Virus record (IMG/VR): IMGVR_UViG_3300037461_000389
Span: 1-43,353 of that record
Length of the DNA stretch: 43,353 nt
Source: a virus
Lineage: Duplodnaviria; Caudoviricetes
Reading direction: 5' to 3' (one strand)
Shown here in pieces: positions 23,673 through 34,371 of the stretch; the stretch's first letter is position 1, and every line of letters begins with the position of its first letter. The translations under genes and the position numbers were made by a program. The notes below the pieces were generated by a model. That model ran no database searches. It saw only the letters and a program-made list of their open reading frames with translations, and was not told the origin of the DNA.

Positions 23673-24069
23673 GATCAATGGCCAAACACCCAACGTCGAC
23701 ACCAATGAGTACCCAAGAGTCATCGCCGAAAACAAGGACATCCGGGCGATCCAAGTGGACAAGCCGGACGAAAGCGGGGCGTCCCATCAATTCATCATCG
23801 AAACCGTGGGGTCGGAAGACGAGGGGCCGACCTTATTGGCCGACCTCTATTTCCAGCAAGGCCCTATCGGCGAGAAGGGAGTCAACGGTATCCAGATGGA
23901 ACCCCTGTTGGCGATTGTAGCGTGCCGCCTTCTCGGATTTCAAAATGGTCCGCTTCGGTGTAATGAAAGCGCGGTCGCGCTCAACGGCGTAATGCAGGCA
24001 CTGGCCGCCCTCATAGCCAGAACCACGGATCGGGTTGCCAGAGGCGTAGAAGGCACAAGCATGGCATGA
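23659..24069 (+). CDS. tad1: Tad1-family anti-defence sponge protein (anti-Thoeris/CBASS signal sequestration)
   Basis: Family signature: GA.H, FQQGPIGEKGVNG, E.LL.IV..RL..FQ.G...C.E, RT.DR..RGVEGT. Confidence 0.88.
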   Translation: MENIKINGQTPNVDTNEYPRVIAENKDIRAIQVDKPDESGASHQFIIETVGSEDEGPTLLADLYFQQGPIGEKGVNGIQMEPLLAIVACRLLGFQNGPLRCNESAVALNGVMQALAALIARTTDRVARGVEGTSMA

Positions 24070-27000
24070 TCACTTGACGCCAGCCACATACTTTCCAGCA
24101 CGGTAGATTTGTTTCGGACCAACAAACGGGACGCCCAAGCCAATAGCAGCCGCCTCAAGCATGGCCTGTGTGTCCCGTTTTTTCCACTTCCCTTGCACTA
24201 TGTTGCTACCCGCCCGCAGTGTCTTCACCGCCGCCGATATCACAGGAGCATCCGAGGACCGCCACGGATTTCGGTACATCATCAGCGCGGGGCCGATCAG
24301 GGGTATTGGATTCAATGCGATTTCAGCGGCCACCGCCTCAAAATCATCATCATCTTCTGGCAGCCGCCGGTTGGACAAGGCCCACTGCATAGTCTGGCCG
24401 AGCGTCGCAACCACCAGCACGGCAAACACGGTAGAGAAATCGCCCTTGCGCATTGCGGCGAGCATGTCGTAGGTGAGGAGATTATATAGCTGGTTAAGCT
24501 CGTTTGTGAATTGCAGGGCCGTCAGGATAAGCTCGTCGCCTTTGTAGAGTCGGGGAAGGTCTTTGGCGTGTGACGCCGATTGCGTGCGGAGGATTACCGC
24601 CTGAGCATACCGCCTGGCCGCCTCAATAGTGTACCCCTTCTCTTTGCGGGCATAATCGAAGCACGCCTTCCATCCAACCGTTCGGGCAATCCCATCGAGG
24701 AAAGCATATGGACCCATCCCAATCTGCCCAATCTTGGCCTGTGCCCGATCAAACTTACCCATCACCGTACCACGCAGCCGGGCCTGATCCATGTCATGTC
24801 GGAACTCAGTCATCACTTGCTCGATATTGGCCTGTCGGGTTTGCGGGTCGAGTTTGCGGACAAATTCCCACAATCTCACGGGAGCCGAGGCAAGCTGGGT
24901 CAGCGAGTCGAACACATACATCATCCCCTTAATCGGCCCTCCGCAGGACGGGATTACGGAGATCACCGATAGAGGTACCTTGGCATACGAAATCATATTG
25001 AGGCACAAAAGAGCCAGCGCCGTATTCTTTCGCACCACCTTGAGCATTGGCCCCATGCCGTGAAGACTTCGCGTCTTATCCGGCAGCACCACGTCATTCA
25101 CATACTCACGCACCTCCTTGAGCATATTGTTGCCATACCGATCATTCACCTCCGCCGCCCACGTCGAATTACTCTCGACGGCGTTCATGATCCGCACGGC
25201 CTTCACATGAGATTTGTAGTGGGCCTGCCGCTGGATATCGAGAAACCATCGCTCCATGAGGCCAAGCCGAATCTGCCGCTGTTTCGCCGGGCCACGCCGG
25301 GCCATCGTAAACCCACGCTCAATTCGCATCCTCTGCCATTGCCGGTAGGCCTCCATTTGATCTGTGAGGGCGTCGCCAAACGGTTGATCCTCCGCCTGTG
25401 GAGCCACGGTATCAATCTCTGTGTCGGCGTCCTGATCGTCGTACTGCGCCCGCTTCCACAGGTATTGAATGGAAGTGTATCTCGGTTCGCGAATCAGTAT
25501 TTCGTTTTTGTCAAACAGGTACGCTTCCGCCAGCGAATCAAACTGTGACTCGTATTCGTCGATCACCCAATTCTTCAGCGCTGCCGCCCACGGGAAATCA
25601 TCGCGGACGATCCGCTGGCACTCCGCAATCTCTTGCTCCGTCAGTCCATGCGACTCGATCATCGTATCGTAGCTTCTCTGGTTCTCCGCCAGCGCCGCCA
25701 CGCCCACCACATCGTCGAGAGTCATGGGCGTTCCCAACACGTCGACCACCTGACGCAAGTCCTCTGTCTTGTGTCCAAGCTCCGCCATAAATTCCAAATA
25801 AGACTCTGTCCGTTTATCGACCTCAATAATTTCGGTGTCCACAGACTCATTGGCCGCCTTGACAAACACCTCATAGGCGGGGCCGTCATATGTCCCGTTG
25901 CCGCCATCCAGCGTATCGGCAAGCTGTTGCATCCTCCGCCCCCACATGCGAAACGCGCCCTTGAACGCCTCCCACCGACCCGTCTTGGGATTGCGCTGTG
26001 GTGACTTCTCAACCGTTTTCGGCGATGGTCCCGTTTCCCGTATCCGCTTGATACTGGCATCCACCTTCCGCTGCACTTCTCGGTTGAATTGATCGCGCTG
26101 TAGTTTCAGTTTCTTCTTGCCGAGGTCGACCAGCCGTTTGCGTTCTGCCGCCAAATCCCGAAGCTCTTGAATCGTGTACTCACCGAGAGAACGCTTCTTG
26201 GCCGCCTCGAAGACTTTCAGAGGAATCCCGAGATCGGGCCTGCCGGTAGCCAATGCGACAATCTTGGCCCGCTGTTGCAGTGTCCGTTGTGTCCGGAACG
26301 AAGGGTCGAATCCCGCCGTCAGCGTTCGGATCGCCTCTGCATATTCCGCATGGACCGACTTGGGCACTTTAGCCGAGATGTAATTTCCCAACCGGATTGT
26401 TTCTTTGCGGGCCGCCAACGCCAGCTTCTTTTTTGCCGCCGCCGTCCGGTATTTTGCCACTACTTTTTCTACGGCTGCCTTGCGAGTCGCCTTGGCTTTA
26501 GCGCGGACGTCGGCAACGGTGTCCTTCAGTTTTTGCTTCAGCTTATCAATCGCCCGCTTCTTGTCCGCCGCCGCTTTTTCCCGTCGCGCAGCGATATCGG
26601 CCTTGTACCCTTCTTCGAGATCAGCGAGTCTTGTTTGCCATACTTGCCGCTGCCGGTTGAGGCGGTACTCATACGATTGCTCCGTCTTTGCCAGCTTGGC
26701 ATCCGCTTTGTCCTTGGCCCTTGCTTCTCGTTCATACTGATCCTCTTTGCCTTCGATGATATTTTGGCCAATACCTACATCTTCACCCGTCGAGAAGATT
26801 TGTCGAAGCGAACCCCGCAGCTTGGCCATCGTCATCGTTTCACCGCGCAGCGAGTCGATCATATCCTCGACCACCATATCGCGAACGCGGATTTCGTATT
26901 CTTTGTCGGATACCGGCTCGGCCTCGATGTCGTCAATCTGTTTTTGAACGTCGGGGTCAATCGGCTTGGACGTGTCGCCCTCTGCGCGAGCCAGCATCTC

Positions 27001-30000
27001 CTTTTCGGCGGTCTTAAATCCTTCCACCAATCGGTCCCATTGCTCGACCAGCGGTTGATTCGGATTCACTTTATACCGGGCCAGCCATTCACTTTCCGAG
27101 CCGAGGGACTTCCGCTCCTCGTCCACCTTAAACTCAAACTGCCGATAGGTCATCTCTCCGGGATGGAGGCCCATGCGCTCCATCGTGAACATGCGGTCGA
27201 ATACCCGCCGCACATCCTTGCTGATATTAACCTCTAAGGGTGTTCCCTCGATAGTCCTGTAGATCGAGAGCAGCCAGTTTCGCAGCCGCTCAAACAGTCC
27301 CTTGAGTCTTGGGTTTGGAGCCAATCCTTCCCACAAGTACCGCTCGAATCCACGGGCAAATTTCTCCTCAGATTCACGAGTCCACTTGCCATCGACCACG
27401 CCAGCCCACTCCTCAATCGCGGCCAAATCCTCATTGGCAAGGTCACGCCGAAACACATGTCCAAGCTCGTGCAATAGCGAGCTAAGATCGGCTTGCTGAA
27501 AGGCCATCAGTACCGTTCTGCCGTCACTCAAAAACCGTACCGCCGCTTTGCGACCGAGTACCTTCAATGGCTTTGGCCCTACCGGCGTTTGTGGAGAAAC
27601 CGGAGCCACGGGCCTTGGTTGCTGTGATTGTTCGCCAAGCCCCGAAAGGAAATCTCCAATATCTGCCGCTGTCGAATCTGTGTCGGCCTCTCGTTCTATC
27701 GCCGCACGCTCGTCACCTTCCATCGCTTCGTCGGTAATAGTCTGTGCTGGCGGGGTGGTTTCTTGTGGATGTGTCGCCCTCCACTCGTTAAGGTATTTCA
27801 GGGCGGACGGCTTTAGCTCCGCCTCCGTAATCCCATGCTGTTGCATCCACCACGCAATGTCAGAACCAATGTCGGCGTCCTCAATCCCCATCGCCCGGCC
27901 AGCGTTGATACGGTCATACATCTTCTGTTTGGGTGATCGCTCCTTTAACGTCGTCCGCTCAAACGCCTTGTCCCCATACTTGGCCTTAATTTTCTCGACG
28001 ACCCGCTTGGGCACCAAATAGTAATCCGTGCTGCCCTTCGACCGCATTACCCTCGACGGCACCACCTTCCAAACCTCGTCAGTCATCTCTCGGATGATCC
28101 GCATGGTTTCACGGGGAATCCGAGTCTTCACTTCGGTAAGCTCGGTACGGTCTGGCAGCGACTTGCGACCGTCAACAAGTCCTCCGCCAAACGGACGGAG
28201 TCCAAGTTTGCCAAGATCGATCAGCTTCTTAACCCCAAGCCACCCCTTTGAAATGCTGGTATAGGTCATCTTCTTGAAGGCCGGATCGTCCTCGATGTTT
28301 TCCTCTTGCTGGAACAGCGTTCCCGGTTCTTCCAATTCACCAGCGGCCTTCTCACGGCCAAGCATTTGCCGCTCTGTTTCCCACGGCGGAATGGATTTTC
28401 TCTCCCCCGATCCCATCTGGAGCCGTTCCTCGACCACACGACTTTCGATTTCGCCGGGCAACAGTTTGTATTGACGCACCATCGCCCTTCCCCATCGATC
28501 ATCGCCAATCTTCAACCTCCGCATATCCATGAGATTGCGGGCAAGCCGTGTGCGCTTATCGGCTGTGTTGGCCTCCTGTACTGTTTGGGCCATATAGTCA
28601 GGGCTGTACCCGTATCGTGCCGCCGCCTGTCGCAGCAGATCATTGTATCCTGGCGTGCCCACCGCCTCCTGTAGCTTGACGATCAGGGCCACCACGGAAT
28701 AGACTTGCCGACTTTCCATCATGGCCGGATTTCCACCCCGATCAAACGACTCATGCTCTTGAATATAGTGCTGAATCTCATGCAGCAGGAACGGGTGGAT
28801 GTCCTTCGTTGATTCCACGCTTAGCGTCATGCGGTTGAAAATGTCGTTGTACTCAGCCCCAACATCATCCTTGTCAATCGCCGTCCGAATGACTACCGTC
28901 ACACCTTGGAGTTCCGGATACGCCTCCAATAGTTCGGGGGAATCCACTATTTCGTAAAGCGGGCGTGACTGATACGAGAGGTAATCATCAATGTTTTCCC
29001 ACTTGATTTCGATATTAGATGGGTCAATCTCATACCGCCATTGATTATCCGACCCACGCCACCAGCCCGTCTCTTGCCATATCGCCGTCCTGTCGGAACC
29101 TTGTTCCTCCATCCACATCGCCCGAAGCAGCCGATTCTTGTCGGCCCCATTGGACTCTTTCCCGGCCATTTGAAACAAGGTACCCGTTTCATCGTCGACG
29201 ATTTCGGCGTCTTCTGCGTCCATCATCTCGGCCTCGGCGAGATCGTCAAGATCAGACGGCTCGTCCAGCAAGGCCTCTGGCGTCGATTGTGGCGCGATTT
29301 CAGCGGCGGGGACGGCGGCAGGGGTCGCCTCCTCCGCCGCTATCGGTTCGCCCGTCAGGGCCTGTGCTGGCGCTACGGCAACGCCTTCCCCCTGCTGGCC
29401 GACTGGTGGCGAATAGTTTTGGGTAACACGGGCAAAAAGCTCTCTGGCTCGATTGTCCCATTTGCGGGTAGCTCGTCCATCCCCCCGCTTTTGGGCGGCC
29501 CTTGCCTTGTGGACTGCCGACATATACTCACGCCGAAGCTGGCTCCACGCCAGAACCTCGGAATCGGTCACGTTTTTAATGGCACCGGGATCGTCTTCGC
29601 CTTGCTGTAGGGCGAGCAGAGTCATCACTTCACGCCGAAGCTGGGCGTAGGTTGGCTTCTTGAAGATTTTTCCGGCTGGATGATCCGTTGGTAGTTTGGA
29701 TACAGACTGCGCCGCCTCCGCAGGAGTCGCCGGGGGCTGTGCCTTGTTCTTTAGTTCGCGCTGTCGCCGGTATTCCTCTGGCTCAATCTGCCCGTCGTAT
29801 CCATAGGCCTTCCGCTTTTCAATCACCTCCGAAAGTCGTTTGTTGAGTTCGGCCATGTCCTCTTTGGACGCCTTTTGCTTTCTGGCTCGTCGAAGCTGCG
29901 ACCATATCTGATGGTGTTCGGATCGGAATGGATCGCCCTGTCCGGCCTCGGCATCCATTGCCGCAACTTCGGAACCGAGAACATCCAGCGCCGTAACCTC

Positions 30001-32151
30001 GGCGGACTTCATGGAGTCTGTTTTGGAATCTTTGGGTCTGGCAATACCAAACTCAACCATGCGATCCGCATGGCTGGTGGCCTCGTCGTCGGTCATGCCA
30101 ACCGATTTGCCGGAGTCGAAGGCCTCGGCCCACGTCGAGATTGGGCTTTCGTCAACCTCCCCACTCTCATCCTCCACCAGCCCGACAGCCTTGTCGGCAA
30201 CGATTTCGGCATCCTTGTCAGAAAGCCCGTCAGACTTCGCCTTGTCGCGCGCATCACCCCACTTCTCCGCCGTCGCGCGATCAGCGACAGACATCTGATG
30301 TTTTTGAACATACTCGTCCAGCGTCATTCCAATGGCAGCCGCACGCAGCGAGGCCACTCTGACCAGCGTATCCGCATACTCTTTCGGGGCGTCGGGATAG
30401 GCCGCCTGTATCTGCGTTCGGAGATCGGCAATGGCCTTCGTGTTTTCGTTTGACGCCGCCTTGGACTGAATCTCACGGGCGCGGTTGATAGTAGCTATGG
30501 CATCGTTGTACGATAGCCCCTTGGCCGTCAAGCGGGCCACATGTCCCATCTCAAGAAACCCACCCAAGAAAGGACCGGCCAGCGCACCGCCGCCAAACGA
30601 CAGGGCCATGTTCTTCATGGTCTGCGTAAATTCAAACTCAATCTTATCCGAGGACACCGCCGTGGACACGTCCGAAGTAAACTGTTGCAGGGCTTCCGTG
30701 GTACCCTCTTTTAATGCCACATCGAGAAGCCCCCACGTCAATCCCTTGGTTGCACCCTTTACGGTTGAAGCGGTCAACTTCTTGGCCGCCCTCGTAGCAC
30801 CGAACAGGACGGCAAGACGGGCTGTTCCTCTCTTGGCCCCCATATTGGCAACGCTCAAGCCGCCGTACCCCTCAAGAAATCCAGCAATCGGAGCCGTCAA
30901 AAGGAAAGCCGTAACTTGCTCATCAAGATTGCCGCCAGCCGCCGCCACCTGTGATGCGGCATTGCCGCCTTCCAGCGTACCGGCCACACCCAGCGTCATT
31001 ACTTGCTGCGCCACGGCACCAAACCCGCTCGTAGCTATCGCCACGGCGGTAGTCACCGCAAGCTGTGGAAGTTGTTGCGACAGCAACCCAGCCCCCATCA
31101 ACGGATACTTTAATGGATGATCAGGAACCGTTGGCAAGGGGGCTGCCGCCGACTCTGCCGTGGCCATCGACTCCTGCCTCCACATTTCACCCACGTCATA
31201 AATCGCACCAGCAATGGCCGATTCAGGCGAACCATAAGGCGTTTCGGTGGATCGCTTCATGAGCATCGAGCCGATCCACAGCACGGTCGACCACACCGAA
31301 TCGTCGCCCTTGGAAATAGACCGCTTGAGATAATCAAACACCCCGGCCCATTCCGGACGCTTCATCACAGCAGCGGCACCAGCCCGATCATTGATTCCGG
31401 GAGGGATCAACCCCTCTGGATTTTCACCGGGATACTGGCTCGGATCAAAGACGAAATTTTCCGGCTTGGTCGCTGCGTCCGGCCTGGCAAAGATCGGATC
31501 GTCCGGCTTGGCAATTTGTAGAGGCGGATTGATCCGAAATGCCTTTTCTGGTGTGCCCTTCCACTCTACGTTGTAGTGTTTCAAGATCGCCGAAGGCGAT
31601 TCTTCTTTCCCATACAAGGCCTTGGTGATGTATGTCCAATCTCGTAGCACGATGGATGGATCGAGGTTGATTCGTGCGCCGATCAGTGTGGCAGCGGCAG
31701 CATAGTCGCTCATCGTATCCGGATCGTCGGACGATTGAATCAGAGAGGCCATCGTCTTGCCCACGGGGCCGAGGCCACTGATCGAGACATCCTCGAAGCG
31801 GGCGTACCCCTTGCGGACCAGATTGATCTGGTTCGCAACGCGGATCATGCGGTCAGAGGATCGCTTTGACCACGCCTTGTCATTTTTCAGCGACCACGAG
31901 GTTTCCGGTGAAGCAATGCCATGCTGAACATCCCACATCTCCCCGGCATACCACTCGATATCCTTCTCGGTCATCGGAGGCGGAATCACCTTCGGCCCCA
32001 CTACGGGTTCCGGTTGTGTATCAAGCTGATCCATGATCCTGTCGGGATCAACCTCGTCAAGCAGTGACGTTCCCCATGCGGCATCATGCTCGGAGGGTAA
32101 TTGAAACTGCGGATTGCCGGGGACGGGAGTGTTTTCGGGCATATTATTCAC
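24070..32151 (-). CDS. Giant internal virion (ejection) protein, large polyvalent type, with an LPD23-like domain and two HExxH metallopeptidase-like domains
   Basis: Last of three ejection-protein genes. IWQETGWWRGSDNQWRYEI (LPD23-like), LLHEIQH...GEIESR, LLHELGH...EEKFARGFE, and long coiled coils. Confidence 0.85.
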   Translation of the reverse strand: MNNMPENTPVPGNPQFQLPSEHDAAWGTSLLDEVDPDRIMDQLDTQPEPVVGPKVIPPPMTEKDIEWYAGEMWDVQHGIASPETSWSLKNDKAWSKRSSDRMIRVANQINLVRKGYARFEDVSISGLGPVGKTMASLIQSSDDPDTMSDYAAAATLIGARINLDPSIVLRDWTYITKALYGKEESPSAILKHYNVEWKGTPEKAFRINPPLQIAKPDDPIFARPDAATKPENFVFDPSQYPGENPEGLIPPGINDRAGAAAVMKRPEWAGVFDYLKRSISKGDDSVWSTVLWIGSMLMKRSTETPYGSPESAIAGAIYDVGEMWRQESMATAESAAAPLPTVPDHPLKYPLMGAGLLSQQLPQLAVTTAVAIATSGFGAVAQQVMTLGVAGTLEGGNAASQVAAAGGNLDEQVTAFLLTAPIAGFLEGYGGLSVANMGAKRGTARLAVLFGATRAAKKLTASTVKGATKGLTWGLLDVALKEGTTEALQQFTSDVSTAVSSDKIEFEFTQTMKNMALSFGGGALAGPFLGGFLEMGHVARLTAKGLSYNDAIATINRAREIQSKAASNENTKAIADLRTQIQAAYPDAPKEYADTLVRVASLRAAAIGMTLDEYVQKHQMSVADRATAEKWGDARDKAKSDGLSDKDAEIVADKAVGLVEDESGEVDESPISTWAEAFDSGKSVGMTDDEATSHADRMVEFGIARPKDSKTDSMKSAEVTALDVLGSEVAAMDAEAGQGDPFRSEHHQIWSQLRRARKQKASKEDMAELNKRLSEVIEKRKAYGYDGQIEPEEYRRQRELKNKAQPPATPAEAAQSVSKLPTDHPAGKIFKKPTYAQLRREVMTLLALQQGEDDPGAIKNVTDSEVLAWSQLRREYMSAVHKARAAQKRGDGRATRKWDNRARELFARVTQNYSPPVGQQGEGVAVAPAQALTGEPIAAEEATPAAVPAAEIAPQSTPEALLDEPSDLDDLAEAEMMDAEDAEIVDDETGTLFQMAGKESNGADKNRLLRAMWMEEQGSDRTAIWQETGWWRGSDNQWRYEIDPSNIEIKWENIDDYLSYQSRPLYEIVDSPELLEAYPELQGVTVVIRTAIDKDDVGAEYNDIFNRMTLSVESTKDIHPFLLHEIQHYIQEHESFDRGGNPAMMESRQVYSVVALIVKLQEAVGTPGYNDLLRQAAARYGYSPDYMAQTVQEANTADKRTRLARNLMDMRRLKIGDDRWGRAMVRQYKLLPGEIESRVVEERLQMGSGERKSIPPWETERQMLGREKAAGELEEPGTLFQQEENIEDDPAFKKMTYTSISKGWLGVKKLIDLGKLGLRPFGGGLVDGRKSLPDRTELTEVKTRIPRETMRIIREMTDEVWKVVPSRVMRSKGSTDYYLVPKRVVEKIKAKYGDKAFERTTLKERSPKQKMYDRINAGRAMGIEDADIGSDIAWWMQQHGITEAELKPSALKYLNEWRATHPQETTPPAQTITDEAMEGDERAAIEREADTDSTAADIGDFLSGLGEQSQQPRPVAPVSPQTPVGPKPLKVLGRKAAVRFLSDGRTVLMAFQQADLSSLLHELGHVFRRDLANEDLAAIEEWAGVVDGKWTRESEEKFARGFERYLWEGLAPNPRLKGLFERLRNWLLSIYRTIEGTPLEVNISKDVRRVFDRMFTMERMGLHPGEMTYRQFEFKVDEERKSLGSESEWLARYKVNPNQPLVEQWDRLVEGFKTAEKEMLARAEGDTSKPIDPDVQKQIDDIEAEPVSDKEYEIRVRDMVVEDMIDSLRGETMTMAKLRGSLRQIFSTGEDVGIGQNIIEGKEDQYEREARAKDKADAKLAKTEQSYEYRLNRQRQVWQTRLADLEEGYKADIAARREKAAADKKRAIDKLKQKLKDTVADVRAKAKATRKAAVEKVVAKYRTAAAKKKLALAARKETIRLGNYISAKVPKSVHAEYAEAIRTLTAGFDPSFRTQRTLQQRAKIVALATGRPDLGIPLKVFEAAKKRSLGEYTIQELRDLAAERKRLVDLGKKKLKLQRDQFNREVQRKVDASIKRIRETGPSPKTVEKSPQRNPKTGRWEAFKGAFRMWGRRMQQLADTLDGGNGTYDGPAYEVFVKAANESVDTEIIEVDKRTESYLEFMAELGHKTEDLRQVVDVLGTPMTLDDVVGVAALAENQRSYDTMIESHGLTEQEIAECQRIVRDDFPWAAALKNWVIDEYESQFDSLAEAYLFDKNEILIREPRYTSIQYLWKRAQYDDQDADTEIDTVAPQAEDQPFGDALTDQMEAYRQWQRMRIERGFTMARRGPAKQRQIRLGLMERWFLDIQRQAHYKSHVKAVRIMNAVESNSTWAAEVNDRYGNNMLKEVREYVNDVVLPDKTRSLHGMGPMLKVVRKNTALALLCLNMISYAKVPLSVISVIPSCGGPIKGMMYVFDSLTQLASAPVRLWEFVRKLDPQTRQANIEQVMTEFRHDMDQARLRGTVMGKFDRAQAKIGQIGMGPYAFLDGIARTVGWKACFDYARKEKGYTIEAARRYAQAVILRTQSASHAKDLPRLYKGDELILTALQFTNELNQLYNLLTYDMLAAMRKGDFSTVFAVLVVATLGQTMQWALSNRRLPEDDDDFEAVAAEIALNPIPLIGPALMMYRNPWRSSDAPVISAAVKTLRAGSNIVQGKWKKRDTQAMLEAAAIGLGVPFVGPKQIYRAGKYVAGVK

Positions 32152-33838
32152 CTGTCTTTGGTTTGGACGGATTGGCCTTTTTCACGCGGCGGACATAGTC
32201 GGCCTGGTATTCTTCTCTCGACATGCTGCCGCCGTGCAATTCAAGCCATTGCGGGGAGTCGTCATCCTCTGGAACGGCCGCCGACTTTGGCGAGGAAATC
32301 GTGTTGCCCATGAAATAGTTTGTTTGAAGAAACTGGCCAATGGCACTCTGTTTGGCCGCCGCCGTAAGATCAGTCACAAACTTACTGATTTCCTCCGGAC
32401 TTGCGTCTGGGTTTTTGATACGATATCGGTCCACAGCCGACATGTATTCGGCGTACATGCCCGACTCCGCAAGCTGCATCATGGCGTCCGGCTCGTTGTC
32501 TGTGTCGCCCTTGAGTCCAAGCCGCGTGATCGTCTTCGTCTTTCCCCCACCCCAAAAGCCGGGTTCGTTTTCCACCGCCGAGAAGCCATAGCCGCCCACT
32601 TTCGTGTAGGTGGCACCCTCAAACAAGGCCCCGTCTAAATGCAGCCGATGAAGCTCTTGGTAGGCCCGATCCCAAGCCGCCTTTGTTTCGGGATTCTTCT
32701 GCGCCGACTGCGCCTCCCACAGCTTGACGAGGGTTTCGTACTGGTCGATGGATAGACTGTTTTTCCCACGCTTCAATACCATGTCGCGGAGTTTGGCAAC
32801 ATTCCACGATCCCGGGTTTTGCATGATATCCGCATGGGTCTTCAGATAGGCCTCGGACGATCCGTACCGAAGCGGGCTTTCCTTGTCGGCCAGCTTGGCC
32901 TCTGTAACCTCATTGAGTACCCTTCTCCATTTGAGCTTGTTGTCGGCAGTCATCGCCGCCGCGCTAATATCCCCCATCGTCAGGTTGTCATCGGCCAGCA
33001 ACTGCCACATGGATTGCTCGTTGGCCTCCTCTGTCGCCGCCGCTTTTTGTTTGTCGCCCAGCCGCCGGTAATTGTCCTCAAACATCAAGGCCTGAATCAG
33101 CCGCCGCTTGTCCTCTTGCAGAAGATCGGTTTGCTCGATATAGGCAATCCCTTCTTCGATCCCACTGGCCTGCATTACGCCGGTGGCCCCATACCATATC
33201 TTCGCCTCGTTCGCCTTCCGCCGCAATGCGTCGCCCGCCTCTTGGGCCTGAGCTTCGGTCATCAGCCCGTTTTTAACCCGAGTAGCCAGCGAGTCGTCCA
33301 CAGCCCACTCCGCAAGCTGCGCGTCCACAATATCGCCCCGCTCATAGGCCTTGACCCACCGCTCTGAATCCATCGCAAGATTGGCCTGCGAATCCGCGTC
33401 GATGGTCTGTATCCTCCGCCGGGTCTGGTTGGCAAGAAATTGGGCCTGCCAATGCGGTTCGATTTCATCCATAAATGCCATATAGGCGCGACTGGCTTGG
33501 GCCGATCCATTTTTGGGGGCATAGGATCGCACCTTGGATAATGCCGTGCTGTAAATGGCCTGGTGTTTTTTCCAGTCCGGCTCTTGGGCAATCGCATTCC
33601 ATGTTTCGGCCATGTGAAGCGACGCCTGCCTGCGCGACGACGACAACGCCAGCGAGTCCTCCATGTCTTGAATCTGTTGGAATACTTCGGACGTACCGGC
33701 AATAGACGATCCCAGTGATTGCAGCCCCTGTGCCTCAATCGCATCGCCGCTACCCACCACGGCGTCCGGATTAAACGGTATGGCCCCAACCCGCCCTGAC
33801 GGTGAAAACTGCTGCTCATATCTATCCAGCGTTGGCAT
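32144..33838 (-). CDS. Internal virion protein (gp15-like position)
   Basis: Start reassigned to MPTLDRYEQQ (33838). Helical and Ala/Gln-rich. Synteny. Confidence 0.7.
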   Translation of the reverse strand: MPTLDRYEQQFSPSGRVGAIPFNPDAVVGSGDAIEAQGLQSLGSSIAGTSEVFQQIQDMEDSLALSSSRRQASLHMAETWNAIAQEPDWKKHQAIYSTALSKVRSYAPKNGSAQASRAYMAFMDEIEPHWQAQFLANQTRRRIQTIDADSQANLAMDSERWVKAYERGDIVDAQLAEWAVDDSLATRVKNGLMTEAQAQEAGDALRRKANEAKIWYGATGVMQASGIEEGIAYIEQTDLLQEDKRRLIQALMFEDNYRRLGDKQKAAATEEANEQSMWQLLADDNLTMGDISAAAMTADNKLKWRRVLNEVTEAKLADKESPLRYGSSEAYLKTHADIMQNPGSWNVAKLRDMVLKRGKNSLSIDQYETLVKLWEAQSAQKNPETKAAWDRAYQELHRLHLDGALFEGATYTKVGGYGFSAVENEPGFWGGGKTKTITRLGLKGDTDNEPDAMMQLAESGMYAEYMSAVDRYRIKNPDASPEEISKFVTDLTAAAKQSAIGQFLQTNYFMGNTISSPKSAAVPEDDDSPQWLELHGGSMSREEYQADYVRRVKKANPSKPKTGE

Positions 33839-33843
33839 GTTGT

Positions 33844-34371
33844 TTATGACCCCTTCTTTAAAGGTGCCTTGTAATATTTCCGGTACATCCCATACGACGA
33901 CCCAAGCGTTGCCAACAGTGTTCCCCCGGCCTGCATTGTCCCCGCCCTTGCACGGCTCTTTCCTTCCCACGCCGACACACTGCCTATGGCTCTGTCCTCC
34001 CACGCCTTGGCACGATACATGGACCCGGTAATCGATCCCTCACGGAGTATCATTTGCGTGTCGGTTTCCGCCAACGCCGCCGTTTCCGCCAGCAGGGCCA
34101 ATGGCGATCCGTCCGTCAAGGACACCCCCGCCATCGCCAGCCCAGCCCTCTGTGCGCCGATCATCGAGGCGGTGCGCCGCCGATGAAGACCGGCCTCATA
34201 TAGAGCTTTGTTTTCCGCTTCTTTGGCTTGCATCTCGGCAACGCGGGCATTGTGTTCACTGATTCGCTTTTGCTCAGAGCCAACCGCTTTCGCCGCTTGG
34301 CCCTGTTGGTATTGCCCATAGGCCATAACGCCGCCGCCTATCACTGTCGCAGCTATTGCCAGTTCAGCCAT
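33844..34371 (-). CDS. Internal virion protein (gp14-like)
   Basis: Hydrophobic N-terminus, YGQYQQG, G.QRA..A..GV....GSPL motif. Confidence 0.8.
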   Translation of the reverse strand: MAELAIAATVIGGGVMAYGQYQQGQAAKAVGSEQKRISEHNARVAEMQAKEAENKALYEAGLHRRRTASMIGAQRAGLAMAGVSLTDGSPLALLAETAALAETDTQMILREGSITGSMYRAKAWEDRAIGSVSAWEGKSRARAGTMQAGGTLLATLGSSYGMYRKYYKAPLKKGS

